64,000 nucleotides of DNA from IMG/VR virus record IMGVR_UViG_2907233695_000001, positions 100,119-164,118 of that record; one strand, written 5' to 3'. Source of the stretch: a virus (lineage: Duplodnaviria; Caudoviricetes). This document shows positions 52,101-61,294 of the stretch, piece by piece (positions within the stretch are counted from its first letter, which is position 1; each line of letters begins with the position of its first letter). Both the position numbers and the translations under genes were made by a program. The notes beneath the pieces are model-generated. The model was not told the origin of the DNA and did no database searches. It saw only the letters and a list, made by a program, of their open reading frames with translations.

Positions 52101-55100
52101 GGTACATGGGCATCAGGCGATAAACTCGTTATTTCATCGAATGATGGATTGCTTGCAAGTAATAATGCTGCTGTGGCGCGCGTTACTCAAAATGCAAGTG
52201 GGGCTACGGCTATTTATGTCGATGACGTATCTAAATTCGCTGTTAATGATACAGTCAATTTTTATCTTGTTTCAAGTAATTTAGTAGCTGTCGGGTGGAC
52301 TGTACAATCCATTGATACCACGAACAAAATTTTAACCATGACAGGCTCCGCCACTGTTTCAGTGGGTGACATGGTGATTAGAACAAACACTCTGCCATCT
52401 ATAGCATACACAACACAGCAGAATAAAACGGCTCAGTCGGGTTCCACATCAACAACCATCAAATTGGCTTCGGATGCATCTGCCACAGATAACTATTACA
52501 ACAACTTGATCGTTACGATTCTCTCCGGTACAGGCGCGGGACAATCCAAGACGATAACGGCTTACACAGGCTCTACGAAGGTCGCTACGGTTTCTGCGTG
52601 GACGACAACTCCTGATGCAACTTCTGTCTATTCCATCTCTATGCCGGGAACATGGACTAACCTTGGCACAAAGTCGGCTACATTCACTATTGGTACAATG
52701 CCTACCGCTACAGATGCTACTTTAGGAAATGCCAATCAAACGAACATTTCATGCTCTTATTCGGTTAACTATCCAGCAGGAAAAGGCTTCGGAAACGTGC
52801 CTACGGATGTGCTTGAGGCGAGTGTGAATGATCAGAGATTGATTAGTGGTCAGACGGTGAGTGTTAAGGCGAATTATTTGGGCAAGGTTGCAGGGAATAC
52901 AGATGCTGTACCTCATATTGCAAAATGGATTAACAGCAATATCGGGTCTAACACAACGTTACTGGCACCGTCCAATGGTTCGTTTGCTGAAGTTGGGGGC
53001 TCTGGTACAACCTATGCAAATATTTCTTCTCTCGATGGCGCACTTAACGTAGTAAACTCATCTGGAGCAAGTTCGATCGCTCAACAACTTTTCCAATTCG
53101 ACCTCATCCGAGCCATCGAAGACAAATACGGTGAAATCCCTGTTGACGGTACAGCGGCGAAGGTTGCTTGGTTGAAGGCTAATATTACAAACTTCCTATG
53201 TAATATATACGGCTATGGCTCATCTCCCACAGGAAATAAAGCAAGCGTTTCTGTTTGGAGTGTTGCAGGTTCTTCATGGGGTTCTGCTTGGGCTACGAAT
53301 GCAACAAATGCTGTAGCAGTAATGGCTGTAGGAACATCTTCTAATATCGGAAACTACATCGACGCAAATGGTTATATGTATTTTATCGCCTACGCAGACC
53401 CTTCCGACGGTGTAACCTATTCCACAATTAACACCGACTACATTGAACTTTCCATCACACTCAATACTAGCATGAAATCGGCATTTGATGGGAATACGGA
53501 AACTGGATTTACAGTGTTGTCGCCTGAGAATTTGTTCCCTGTGATGAATGAGAATTTGTTGAATTCGAATCAGGCATTTCCGGTGGATGTTAGTGGACTT
53601 ACAGCAGTCAATGGTGTAACACATAGTGTGGATAGTAGCGATATCGGAACAATACTTGTAACAAATTTCCCATCGACTGGATATGGATTGTCCTATGCAT
53701 CTGTAACACTCCCTAAAGCAACTACGTATGCATTTAGCGCAGAAATTTTCGTTCCTTCTGCAAGTGTAGCAACTTCTGTGCAAATTCATGACGATGGAAA
53801 CTTTACAGGTGCTACGAAAGTGATAGGCAGTTATGATTTGACAAAAAAGGGAACATGGCAGAAAGTTGTAACGCTAATCACAACTACTGTAATAGGGCAG
53901 TCCGGTCTAAGCGGATTAAAAATTACTAATAATTCCGGTGCAAGTGATGTAATTAAGATTCGTCGAATGAAAGTCCAAGAAGGTGTAACCGCAACTCCAT
54001 GGTCAGCAGGACGAAATAAGAAGATTACGCTGAACTATTTGGGTAAAGTTGCTGGAAGTGTTGTTGAGAATCCTCATAGATTAGGCAGATTAAACAGTGC
54101 ATCGTTCCCATCTCCGATTCCGAGCTTCTCTAACTATGCAGAGAATACAGCGTCTAATCTAATTGATCCGGTAACAACACAAGATGGTGTTTTATGGTCG
54201 TACTCATCTTCTACAGCAGGACAGTACGCTCAGCAACTTTTTGAGTTCGATTTATCCTATCTTGGCATGTCGTTGAGTGAGTTGAAGAAAGCGTTACGAC
54301 CAATCACGGCTACATGGGTAGGCTACGGTAGCGGAGATAATGCAAGTGCGCTGACTTATGGCGCAACCGTTAAATGGTGGGATGCAACTGGAGCAGGTTC
54401 GTGGGCAACCTTTGGAGGTTGGAGTAATACAACGAGCACTCCATCATCGGTCGCTATGACTGTCAATAATGGAAGTCAAACCAACTACATTACAAGCAAC
54501 CAAAAAATCTACATCCTTGTTCACAGCACAAATCCTGCATCGGCAACAAATCCATCAAATATCTACACCGACTATATCAAGCTTGACCTTAATTTAGCGG
54601 ATTACGTAGATTACAATAAGTCCAATATCGTGAAGGTTAGACCAGAGACCAAGGAAATCAAAACATGGTTCCCTGTACACTCCTACCGATATACAGGATA
54701 TTCTGGTGTCGCTCAAGCTGGCGTTATTGGGTGGAGCTATAGGTATTTGCCGTATGGTGGATTCGGTTCTGTTGCAAGGTCTAAAATTATGGCTGTTGGA
54801 ACTCCGATTATTAGCACATTGGGTACAGGTTCAGCATCTACAGCAACCGATGTTGATCTTGTGGGGATTCGAAATGTGACGACAAAACTCCCAACTCCAA
54901 TAGCAGACTATAACTTAGTCGCTGAAAAGTTTACATCTGATGGTGTGCTTACTACTATTGACAATGTTACACTCAAGAGAAATTCGCTAACTTCTAATAA
55001 TGGCTACAGATTTTCTCCTTTTTCGGGATTATATTTTGATCCGTATTCTACACCTACTGAAACCGTAGTGCGAGGAGCATCTAGCCGAGCAGGTTACACC

Positions 55101-55331
55101 AACGATACAATTACTTCACAGTCTATTGGTGCAGCGGCTTACAAGTTTAGTCTGCCATCAACGTTACCATCGGAAGCATTAATCTCACTTCCAATGCTCA
55201 TCATTGACAATGGAGAATTAAAAATGGTTGTGGTTAGTTTCCGTAAGAGCAGAAATACTAGTCTCCAATTCCAAGCGGTAGATGGAATTTGGGATGTGTT
55301 CAAACTCCAAGGTAGAGTGCTCCAAAAGTAA
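49116..55331 (+). CDS. giant tail fibre/receptor-binding protein with YomF-like N-terminus and CBM-like domains
   Basis: RKGTVDDPY N-terminus, Ala/Ser/Thr shaft, DGKVYAIPIARVKRRN, several jelly-roll-like domains, internally duplicated domain. Confidence 0.75.
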   Translation: MSVFDYDNSVIGQLRKGTVDDPYISISEPKQVINSVVNLSEIPDDFQRVKVTTTDGTLTLTEITSGSPTINQYIIDYNQGLATLNSGRNNQQLVFTYKGKGGYFLSSNRVFTAQSNGLVTQTLTQYVDDAKAQIDTKVASVTSSANTALTNAQSAKTLSDQATASATSAASTATSAASSANTAATAANTASTNATSTINAINTDMKISHKGTLATFSLLPSSGQQVGDTYVVTSDSNNANNGVWRWQSNSTWLKINNLNISGAETVSNVSVVDQAKSDIVRDSIHSGVISVSALTTDSTSTLNGFTISAFIAYINGYKVSIPQTVITMPNAGSFGMKDQLVFVEAYFPSTGNGYQLSTRFRTVDAVDFTAYPEGVGHSAVVFAQGGQASPTTYTFTKDSVDQGLYVSGSGSAGDKTTLATFDGKVYAIPIARVKRRNSGGYRKDNISGCVDFISTTLSAIASTISNTVTVASATGLSVGNSIKIGSSSIYKINAISGTTLTLDRNADSAHASGSTVVIQSDRPDSLYSNVISSSDIIDLRHKVSLTGVNYQQLLEENFDNLLRGNLTTKDTKTSIKETWGLRKAPLGLAQSLQSVTIKGSDGTSRDLVNFLGTDGNCEDISKWTTGGTLSTTQAKYGKNSLKFVTSNNSLYAYKDYSISSFTSGYYLVACDVYIESYTSGNVIQIDIRDYNTFTQRYSAIANTAITGKWQTLYFKIPANGAITTPNGFRILFGEQATGTSTSYFDGIRLYQIDQATYNLIDVDPNYTGGDKISALFPYVDSQPNFVENLVYGEQEQDNAAFNVGTNSTYDNAWISGKLNIYNGSASVWGKGFQLSVASGTAYTLNLDTAIASDGASLNVEIGYTSTTNDVVSKASQTGHVSFSFTPTQNTVYVKFRRQGATDNTKPVTVWNIKVEAGSVENVYVPKGRWYIPADYQGYNAHMGNNSVSRYDNVNGGRFTGQRSTFSDAQTSETRTDVIEALMTPQKHIAVTQATAGTWASGDKLVISSNDGLLASNNAAVARVTQNASGATAIYVDDVSKFAVNDTVNFYLVSSNLVAVGWTVQSIDTTNKILTMTGSATVSVGDMVIRTNTLPSIAYTTQQNKTAQSGSTSTTIKLASDASATDNYYNNLIVTILSGTGAGQSKTITAYTGSTKVATVSAWTTTPDATSVYSISMPGTWTNLGTKSATFTIGTMPTATDATLGNANQTNISCSYSVNYPAGKGFGNVPTDVLEASVNDQRLISGQTVSVKANYLGKVAGNTDAVPHIAKWINSNIGSNTTLLAPSNGSFAEVGGSGTTYANISSLDGALNVVNSSGASSIAQQLFQFDLIRAIEDKYGEIPVDGTAAKVAWLKANITNFLCNIYGYGSSPTGNKASVSVWSVAGSSWGSAWATNATNAVAVMAVGTSSNIGNYIDANGYMYFIAYADPSDGVTYSTINTDYIELSITLNTSMKSAFDGNTETGFTVLSPENLFPVMNENLLNSNQAFPVDVSGLTAVNGVTHSVDSSDIGTILVTNFPSTGYGLSYASVTLPKATTYAFSAEIFVPSASVATSVQIHDDGNFTGATKVIGSYDLTKKGTWQKVVTLITTTVIGQSGLSGLKITNNSGASDVIKIRRMKVQEGVTATPWSAGRNKKITLNYLGKVAGSVVENPHRLGRLNSASFPSPIPSFSNYAENTASNLIDPVTTQDGVLWSYSSSTAGQYAQQLFEFDLSYLGMSLSELKKALRPITATWVGYGSGDNASALTYGATVKWWDATGAGSWATFGGWSNTTSTPSSVAMTVNNGSQTNYITSNQKIYILVHSTNPASATNPSNIYTDYIKLDLNLADYVDYNKSNIVKVRPETKEIKTWFPVHSYRYTGYSGVAQAGVIGWSYRYLPYGGFGSVARSKIMAVGTPIISTLGTGSASTATDVDLVGIRNVTTKLPTPIADYNLVAEKFTSDGVLTTIDNVTLKRNSLTSNNGYRFSPFSGLYFDPYSTPTETVVRGASSRAGYTNDTITSQSIGAAAYKFSLPSTLPSEALISLPMLIIDNGELKMVVVSFRKSRNTSLQFQAVDGIWDVFKLQGRVLQK

Positions 55332-55345
55332 TAACTAAAATATGT

Positions 55346-55379
55346 GAATCTCCTACATTAACTTGTGGGAGATTCTTTT
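55346..55379 (+). terminator. intrinsic terminator
   Basis: GAATCTCCTACA/TGTGGGAGATTC + T tract. Confidence 0.7.
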
Positions 55380-55407
55380 CTTTTCACACTGAAAGGAGTG
55401 AATTTGC

Positions 55408-56397
55408 GTGTCAAAAATAATCATTGATTCCAACAATCAAATTGTAGGCATCGATATTCCTGTTGGATTTAACCAGTATTCTTTGGATGTAGATGTTGAA
55501 GGTTTGAAGAAGGTGCTTCAACAGGATGCACAATTGCCAAAGTTGGACACTGAAGGCAATGTGCTTTATGTTCTTGCTCAACCCGATTTGGAACTCACAT
55601 CAACTGTGACAAAGCAAGTTGAAACTATCGTAGAAACTGGAAATGAACCAATTTTCGTGGATGTGGTGAAGTATATTCCTATGCTTGACCCCGTTACAGG
55701 AGTACAGAAAACTTATCAACCAACTCAAGTTGTCGATGTGTATGATGATGAAGGAAATGTAACAGGGCAAGAAACTGTAAACGTTGGTGCTCCTCTTTTG
55801 TTGCAAACGACTGAGGTTGTTCAGGAGCAGAAAAAAGACGCTGATGGCAAACTCCTTTATTGGAAAACAGTTGAAGAGACTGTTGTAACAATGCAGCCAC
55901 AAGAACCTAAACTTATCACATCTGACTCCCCCGAGTGGACAGAGGAATTATCTCAAGCATTTGAGACAATTAAGAGTGGAACAGAAGTTTCGGTTGCTCA
56001 ATATCCAACTTTGTTCACTGTTGACGAGGTTCAAAATTATCCTACTCTAGAACAAGTTAAGCAGACTAAACTTGACCAGTTAAATGACGCTTGCAACAAG
56101 TTCATCTTAGCAGGATTTACATCTGATGCTTTAGGCGAAGAAAACCATTATGACTTTGATTACGAAGCTCAAATTAATATGGGTGGAACACTCAATGGAA
56201 TTACAGCAGGAATGATTACTGGTGATATCATGTGGAAAACTGCTGAAGGAAATAAGCCTCATACAGTAAATCAATTTAAACAATTGTACGCCGATGGTAT
56301 GACGTTTAAACAAACCAACATCGCAAAGTATTGGACTCTCAAGAATCAAGTATTGGCGTGTGAAACTAGAGCAGATGTAGCTGCTATTCAGTGGTAG
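55408..56397 (+). CDS. fibre-associated protein with C-terminal DUF4376-like domain
   Basis: KQTKLDQLNDACNKFILAGFTSDALG..YDFDYEAQIN..HTVNQF..VAAIQW. Confidence 0.7.
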   Translation: MSKIIIDSNNQIVGIDIPVGFNQYSLDVDVEGLKKVLQQDAQLPKLDTEGNVLYVLAQPDLELTSTVTKQVETIVETGNEPIFVDVVKYIPMLDPVTGVQKTYQPTQVVDVYDDEGNVTGQETVNVGAPLLLQTTEVVQEQKKDADGKLLYWKTVEETVVTMQPQEPKLITSDSPEWTEELSQAFETIKSGTEVSVAQYPTLFTVDEVQNYPTLEQVKQTKLDQLNDACNKFILAGFTSDALGEENHYDFDYEAQINMGGTLNGITAGMITGDIMWKTAEGNKPHTVNQFKQLYADGMTFKQTNIAKYWTLKNQVLACETRADVAAIQW

Positions 56398-56405
56398 GTG
56401 AGATT

Positions 56406-56903
56406 ATGAATCTACAACCTTGTGATGTTATTTTCGTTACAAAACGTAAAAATGAAACTTTGAGAGATATCATCATACGTAAATTAATCTCTTGGGCTAC
56501 TGATTCGGATATAACCCATTGTGCCTATTTCGTTTCAGGCAACATTGTGTTCGAGGCAAACGGATTTAGAACATGCGGCTTCCAGAGCTTAGATGAATAT
56601 GAGTATAAAGTCAAAAGATTAACATGCGACTTAGAAACAAGGAAAAAGATATTGGAGTGCATTCTTGAAACTGAAGGTAGGAGCTACGGTTACATGGAAT
56701 GCGTGGCCTTATTCTTTAGACGTAAATTAGGCATGTATTTTTACTATGATGATCCTGATAAATTCATATGTAGCGAAGAGTTAGCAAAAGCGATGTATGA
56801 CGTTACTGGTAAGTTTATGAATATAAAAGATAAAACACCTACTTTTGACTTGTCGCCTCAAGATTTATGGGAAAGTGAATATTTGGTTGAAATTGAAGGG
56901 TAA
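56406..56903 (+). CDS. permuted papain-like NlpC/P60 (YiiX/YebB-type) hydrolase
   Basis: LQPCDVIF, ITHCAY (His), GRSYG, FICSEELA (Cys), SPQDL. Confidence 0.78.
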   Translation: MNLQPCDVIFVTKRKNETLRDIIIRKLISWATDSDITHCAYFVSGNIVFEANGFRTCGFQSLDEYEYKVKRLTCDLETRKKILECILETEGRSYGYMECVALFFRRKLGMYFYYDDPDKFICSEELAKAMYDVTGKFMNIKDKTPTFDLSPQDLWESEYLVEIEG

Positions 56904-57035
56904 TATATGGGTAAGGTCTCCTGCGTGGTGACGGAGACCTTAATCTTCCCATTTGTTTAAGGCTGCTCCTTTGTTGGAGTGGTCTTTTTGTGTTGTTTAA
57001 ATGAAAAACTTTAATCTTAGGAGGAATTATTCAAT

Positions 57036-57218
57036 ATGGAAAAACTCAATCTTTTTTACTGTTACGACTCTAATCTTGCTAAATACTTGAAACAGGATAA
57101 AAATATCCCCTACCTAACTAAAGCAAGACATCTAGATACGCACAAGGTATTCCACCTATTTCTTATTTCTAATGTATTACAAGAGGCATTAGAAGAGTAT
57201 AAGAGCAAGAGTAGGTAA
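57036..57218 (+). CDS. small DUF5659-like protein
   Basis: FYCYDSNLAKYLK....Y..KARH..T.KVF.LF.....LQEALEEY; similar layout to 47534 ORF; GGAGG RBS. Confidence 0.6.
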   Translation: MEKLNLFYCYDSNLAKYLKQDKNIPYLTKARHLDTHKVFHLFLISNVLQEALEEYKSKSR

Positions 57219-57223
57219 CAGAA

Positions 57224-58690
57224 ATGGACATTAATCAAGGGAATATAATCAAGCAACTTAGCGATTTATATCTAATACAACGAGGGCATTATTTAATTCA
57301 AGATAAAAATTATGGTTATCGTGATTATCGAAAAGGTGAAATCAGCAAATCAACAGGTAAAAAATATAAAGCCTTATTAGATTATATGATTGAATCACAT
57401 CTAAATGGCGAGTATACAGTTGGGACATTTTGCAAAGAAGTTTTCACAAAATTTATAACTATTGACGTAGATTATAAAGGAAACTTGGAAATGTCTAAAT
57501 TGATCACAAATAAAATTAGTGAACAATTTACCGATTGGCACATTCCAGAACACTATATTAGTTTTAGTGGTAACAAGGGTTATCACATCGATATATTCTT
57601 TGATGATTTAATCCAATGGAAACATGCGAAAAAGTTTTATGAACACCTAATAAAGAGTTTAAACTTGGATGACAAGAAGGTGGAATTTCGTCCAACAAGT
57701 ACTCAGGGCGTTAAGTTGCCTCTTGGAATACATCAGGAAACAGGTAACTATTGCGGATTCTGCTATCCAGATAACCTGACAGTAATGAGCAAGGAGAACA
57801 GTGAGGAATTTTTATTTAATATCAAGAAAATCCAATCAGAAAGTATATTGGATATTATCGGTTTAGATATAAATACCTCAGAAAAGATCGATACAAAACA
57901 AGAAAAAAATAAAATTATTAGTACAGAAGATGCCATTAGTCCACACAAACCATTACCAAGTTATGAGCAAAGCGAAGATTCTTCGATAGACCGAGCACAG
58001 GATTTGCTTCTTAATGGTTTAAAAGTACAAGGTAGCAGACACAATTCGGTATTATTGCTTGGGATGTATTTGAAATATTGCGGATTAAGTCAAGAGCAAA
58101 ATAGAGCAGAACTTTATGCTTGGATGGAATGGCAGAATCCTAATACTTATACAACTCCATTGGATGAATGTTGCAGAGATATTGATCAATTAACAAAAGA
58201 CATTTATGAAAAAAACTATAATTTATCTGCAAACCAGAAAGACTTGACGGTTACATGCGATGAAATTAAATGGATAATGAACAATTGTCCAGAGAAAAAT
58301 CAGAAACTAATTACATACGCTATGTTGATTCACTCTAAACGTCATGCAAATAAGCAAGGCGTTTTTTATATGCCATTTAAAGACATAGAAACCGCAACGG
58401 GATTGTACGATCAAGCCGTTCAAGCACAGGTAAATAAATTAATAAAACTTGGAGTTGTCGAGTGTATAGAACGAGGAAGGAAACCGAAGGGTAAGGGATT
58501 AGCGAAAATGCTACCTAATCTGTATCGAATGAATTATCAAAGGAGTCTCGAATCTGATGGTTTAATTGAAACAGAAGTTTTTACCACTGAGGAATTGGAC
58601 AATTTTGATGTGTGTTTGAGATTTTATTTTTCTGATAAGGAATTAAGGAAAAATTTATCGCAGAGACAATATAAAAGTTTACTTGGGTGA
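57224..58690 (+). CDS. archaeo-eukaryotic primase (AEP) + PriCT-like + winged-helix protein
   Basis: ITIDVD (DxD), SFSGNKGYH, VKLPLGIH, GSRHNS..L..YL (PriCT), C-terminal DIETATGL..QVNKLIKLGVVE..PNLYR wHTH. Confidence 0.78.
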   Translation: MDINQGNIIKQLSDLYLIQRGHYLIQDKNYGYRDYRKGEISKSTGKKYKALLDYMIESHLNGEYTVGTFCKEVFTKFITIDVDYKGNLEMSKLITNKISEQFTDWHIPEHYISFSGNKGYHIDIFFDDLIQWKHAKKFYEHLIKSLNLDDKKVEFRPTSTQGVKLPLGIHQETGNYCGFCYPDNLTVMSKENSEEFLFNIKKIQSESILDIIGLDINTSEKIDTKQEKNKIISTEDAISPHKPLPSYEQSEDSSIDRAQDLLLNGLKVQGSRHNSVLLLGMYLKYCGLSQEQNRAELYAWMEWQNPNTYTTPLDECCRDIDQLTKDIYEKNYNLSANQKDLTVTCDEIKWIMNNCPEKNQKLITYAMLIHSKRHANKQGVFYMPFKDIETATGLYDQAVQAQVNKLIKLGVVECIERGRKPKGKGLAKMLPNLYRMNYQRSLESDGLIETEVFTTEELDNFDVCLRFYFSDKELRKNLSQRQYKSLLG

Positions 58691-58955
58691 ATATTGTTTA
58701 CAATTGTTAATTAATTATGATTACATTTGCTCCTTGTACTTACCTCACCCTTTAGATTCACAGGAAAAGTTCAAGGTCAAGAGATTCCTTAAATATAATA
58801 AATATATCTATTAATAGTGATTTCGCATATCACACTATTTTAGTCGGGTATAAGATTATTAATAAATAATGTATTGTACCCCAAATCGTACAACTTACTT
58901 TTAGTAAGTAATAAAACAATCCTCATACGAGGGTTAACATAGATTCCACTTTTAT

Positions 58956-58987
58956 GAGGCTGTCTAAGGGGCAGTCTCTTTATTTTA
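58956..58987 (+). terminator. intrinsic terminator
   Basis: GAGGCTGTCT/GGGGCAGTCTC + T-rich tail. Confidence 0.55.
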
Positions 58988-59015
58988 TATATATCAAAAA
59001 CAAGGTGGGGTAACA

Positions 59016-59339
59016 GTGCCAAACAATGAAATGAGTAATATTGAGGAACGCTTAACACGATTGGAGACGAAATTCGAACTTGTATTTCAAACTTTTACAG
59101 ATGCAATTAATCGTCTAGAAACAAAACTTGACAAACGAGACGATACCTTTGTAACTAAAGACTATTTTAATGGTGAGATGCGTCTGAGAGATGAGAAGAT
59201 AAATGGTCTTCAAACGGCATTGGATCAGGTGAGACAGGAGAAGAAAGAAACAAAGTCTGCATGGCCTATTTGGTTACAAACCATTGGTACTCTTGGAGCA
59301 ATGTTTGTGGCTATTATGGCTTTGTATGCAAGCAAATAA
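59016..59339 (+). CDS. XhlA/BhlA-like lysis-associated membrane protein
   Basis: ERLTRLETK coiled coil + single C-terminal TM helix at start of lysis block. Confidence 0.6.
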   Translation: MPNNEMSNIEERLTRLETKFELVFQTFTDAINRLETKLDKRDDTFVTKDYFNGEMRLRDEKINGLQTALDQVRQEKKETKSAWPIWLQTIGTLGAMFVAIMALYASK

Positions 59340-59354
59340 AAGAACGGTTTCATT
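59335..59354. repeat. 7-6-7 quasi-palindrome copy 7 (AATAAAA-gaacgg-TTTCATT)
   Basis: Overlaps stop codon of 59016..59339. Confidence 0.72.
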
Positions 59355-59477
59355 TGCAATTAATCAATCGCCATTCGCAGGGAGATTAACCAATTAGCAA
59401 GAATCAACCGTTCTATACATCTATTATAAACCAAATAATGCAGAAAAAACAGTTAATATTTGGGAGGTGAAATAATA

Positions 59478-60032
59478 ATGAAAGATATCGTCAATGAGCA
59501 TTACCAAATCCATCGTATTACTGAAGTTGAGCATTTCCCTGAACATGGTGGACGAACAGAAACATTGGAGTTTCGTAATGCAAAACATGAATTAGAAGTA
59601 GTCGAACATTTACCATGCTTTATATGTGGAACCATGAATAAACGTGAGAGTCATCATATCTTTGAACGAGCTTATTGGAACGCACTCGATCTCAAAAGAG
59701 TAGCGTTCTTTTTGTTTCATCATTATGATTTTCATGGTCATGTAAAAAGAGATTATAAAACATCGGACGAACTTTTTAAATTTTTCGTTGACCATTATAA
59801 CGGACGAGAAACAGAATTTGTAGATGCACAGGGAAATAAAATATGGACTTGTGATGATACAGCAGCAGACACAATTTATAATCAATTAATTTTAGATGAA
59901 ATTTGTCATCGTGGTGAAGGAACAGGAGCACATGGTACATCTACTCCTACGTTTATGGCTCGTATGGCACAAAGAAAAGGTTACGAAGTTTCTATGAGTG
60001 AAAAGGCATATAAGGATTTGATTAATAAGTAG
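59478..60032 (+). CDS. His/Cys-rich HNH-like protein
   Basis: CFICG....ESHH, N..IL...CHRG.GTGAH; ATG 59478 after GGAGGTG. Confidence 0.55.
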   Translation: MKDIVNEHYQIHRITEVEHFPEHGGRTETLEFRNAKHELEVVEHLPCFICGTMNKRESHHIFERAYWNALDLKRVAFFLFHHYDFHGHVKRDYKTSDELFKFFVDHYNGRETEFVDAQGNKIWTCDDTAADTIYNQLILDEICHRGEGTGAHGTSTPTFMARMAQRKGYEVSMSEKAYKDLINK

Positions 60033-60041
60033 GTGTAAAGT

Positions 60042-60422
60042 ATGAATAGTTGGTTTAAAAATCTTGTTTCACTGGACGAATTGAAAGTCAGCCTCCTAGC
60101 GATATCGCTTATTGGAATCTTGATTTTGGATGGTTTTATGGCAATTAAATATCACGATGTTCCTCCACAACTTACATCAATCACGATAACAATAATTTCA
60201 GCGGTAGCTGGATTTAATGCAATCTCTGTTGTTGCAGGGAATATCACTGCAAACAAAACTAATGTGCCAGTGCAAAACAGTAACATGTATAACTCAAATA
60301 TGTATGGATATGGAATGAATCAGCCAACTATTACTAATCAGACACCTATCATCAATCCTAATCCAACACAAGTTCAACAAACTACAACTCAGACAACAGT
60401 GACGACAATGCCTAAAATGTAA
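60042..60422 (+). CDS. two-TM membrane protein (holin-like) with Q/T/N-rich tail
   Basis: Two hydrophobic helices; directly upstream of endolysin. Confidence 0.6.
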   Translation: MNSWFKNLVSLDELKVSLLAISLIGILILDGFMAIKYHDVPPQLTSITITIISAVAGFNAISVVAGNITANKTNVPVQNSNMYNSNMYGYGMNQPTITNQTPIINPNPTQVQQTTTQTTVTTMPKM

Positions 60423-60436
60423 AGAAGGTGTAATAA

Positions 60437-61270
60437 ATGAATTCATCAAGACAAGCAACAAATAGTCAAGGCATAGACATTTCGCATCATAATGGTCAAG
60501 TGGATTTTGACAAAGTAAAAAATGCAGGAATTAGTTTCGTTTTTATGAAAGCCACAGAAAGCACGAGAACAATCGATGATACTCTAAGTTATAACTACTC
60601 AGAGGCAAAACGAGTTGGAATTCCAGTTGGCTTTTATCATTTTGCTCATGTCTCTAATGATCCTGTGCAAGAAGCAAACCATTTTCTTTCTGTTGTTAAC
60701 GGGTTGGAAGTTGATTTATTCTACGTTTTGGATTTAGAGCAAGGTAGTCTAGATGGTGCGAATTATAGCAAATCTCAGGTATCTTCGTGGGCAAGGACAT
60801 TTTTGCAGACTGTTCAGAACAGCACAGGAAAACTACCTATAATTTACACTGGAGGTTCATTCGCGGCTGCGTATTTTGAACCCGACTTATCTATGTATCC
60901 TTTGTGGGTGGCGCATTATGGTGCGATTCGCCCAATGGAAAATGGAATTTGGTCTGACTGGTTGTTCTTTCAATGGGCAGAATCGGGAAGTGTAGATGGC
61001 ATCTCGACAAATGTTGATATGAACGAATTTAACGGCAATATTCAAGATTTTTTATATAACGAGGATGATGAATACATGAAACCAGTAGTGATGGATGATT
61101 GGAGTTGGCAGGAACTCGATAAATTTGTAGGGGATGCTTATAACGAGAAAATCATCGAAAGTTGGGCTTGGGTGCAAAAAGTGCGTGACAGGCAAATTAA
61201 TGTTGTGGAATGGCTGCAACTGAAGACATTTATTGATGAGCGTAGACGTAATAAAGCATTGGGTCAATAA
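60437..61270 (+). CDS. GH25 muramidase endolysin
   Basis: GIDISHHNG, FMKATE, GFYHF, LDLE, LWVAHY, W.FFQW, VDMN. Confidence 0.93.
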   Translation: MNSSRQATNSQGIDISHHNGQVDFDKVKNAGISFVFMKATESTRTIDDTLSYNYSEAKRVGIPVGFYHFAHVSNDPVQEANHFLSVVNGLEVDLFYVLDLEQGSLDGANYSKSQVSSWARTFLQTVQNSTGKLPIIYTGGSFAAAYFEPDLSMYPLWVAHYGAIRPMENGIWSDWLFFQWAESGSVDGISTNVDMNEFNGNIQDFLYNEDDEYMKPVVMDDWSWQELDKFVGDAYNEKIIESWAWVQKVRDRQINVVEWLQLKTFIDERRRNKALGQ

Positions 61271-61294
61271 AATAAATTATAAAGGAGAATACAT

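Noticed and set aside
2467-59354. Dispersed 20-bp repeats as a CRISPR array
   Set aside because: Copies are kilobases apart with no repeat-spacer periodicity and no cas genes
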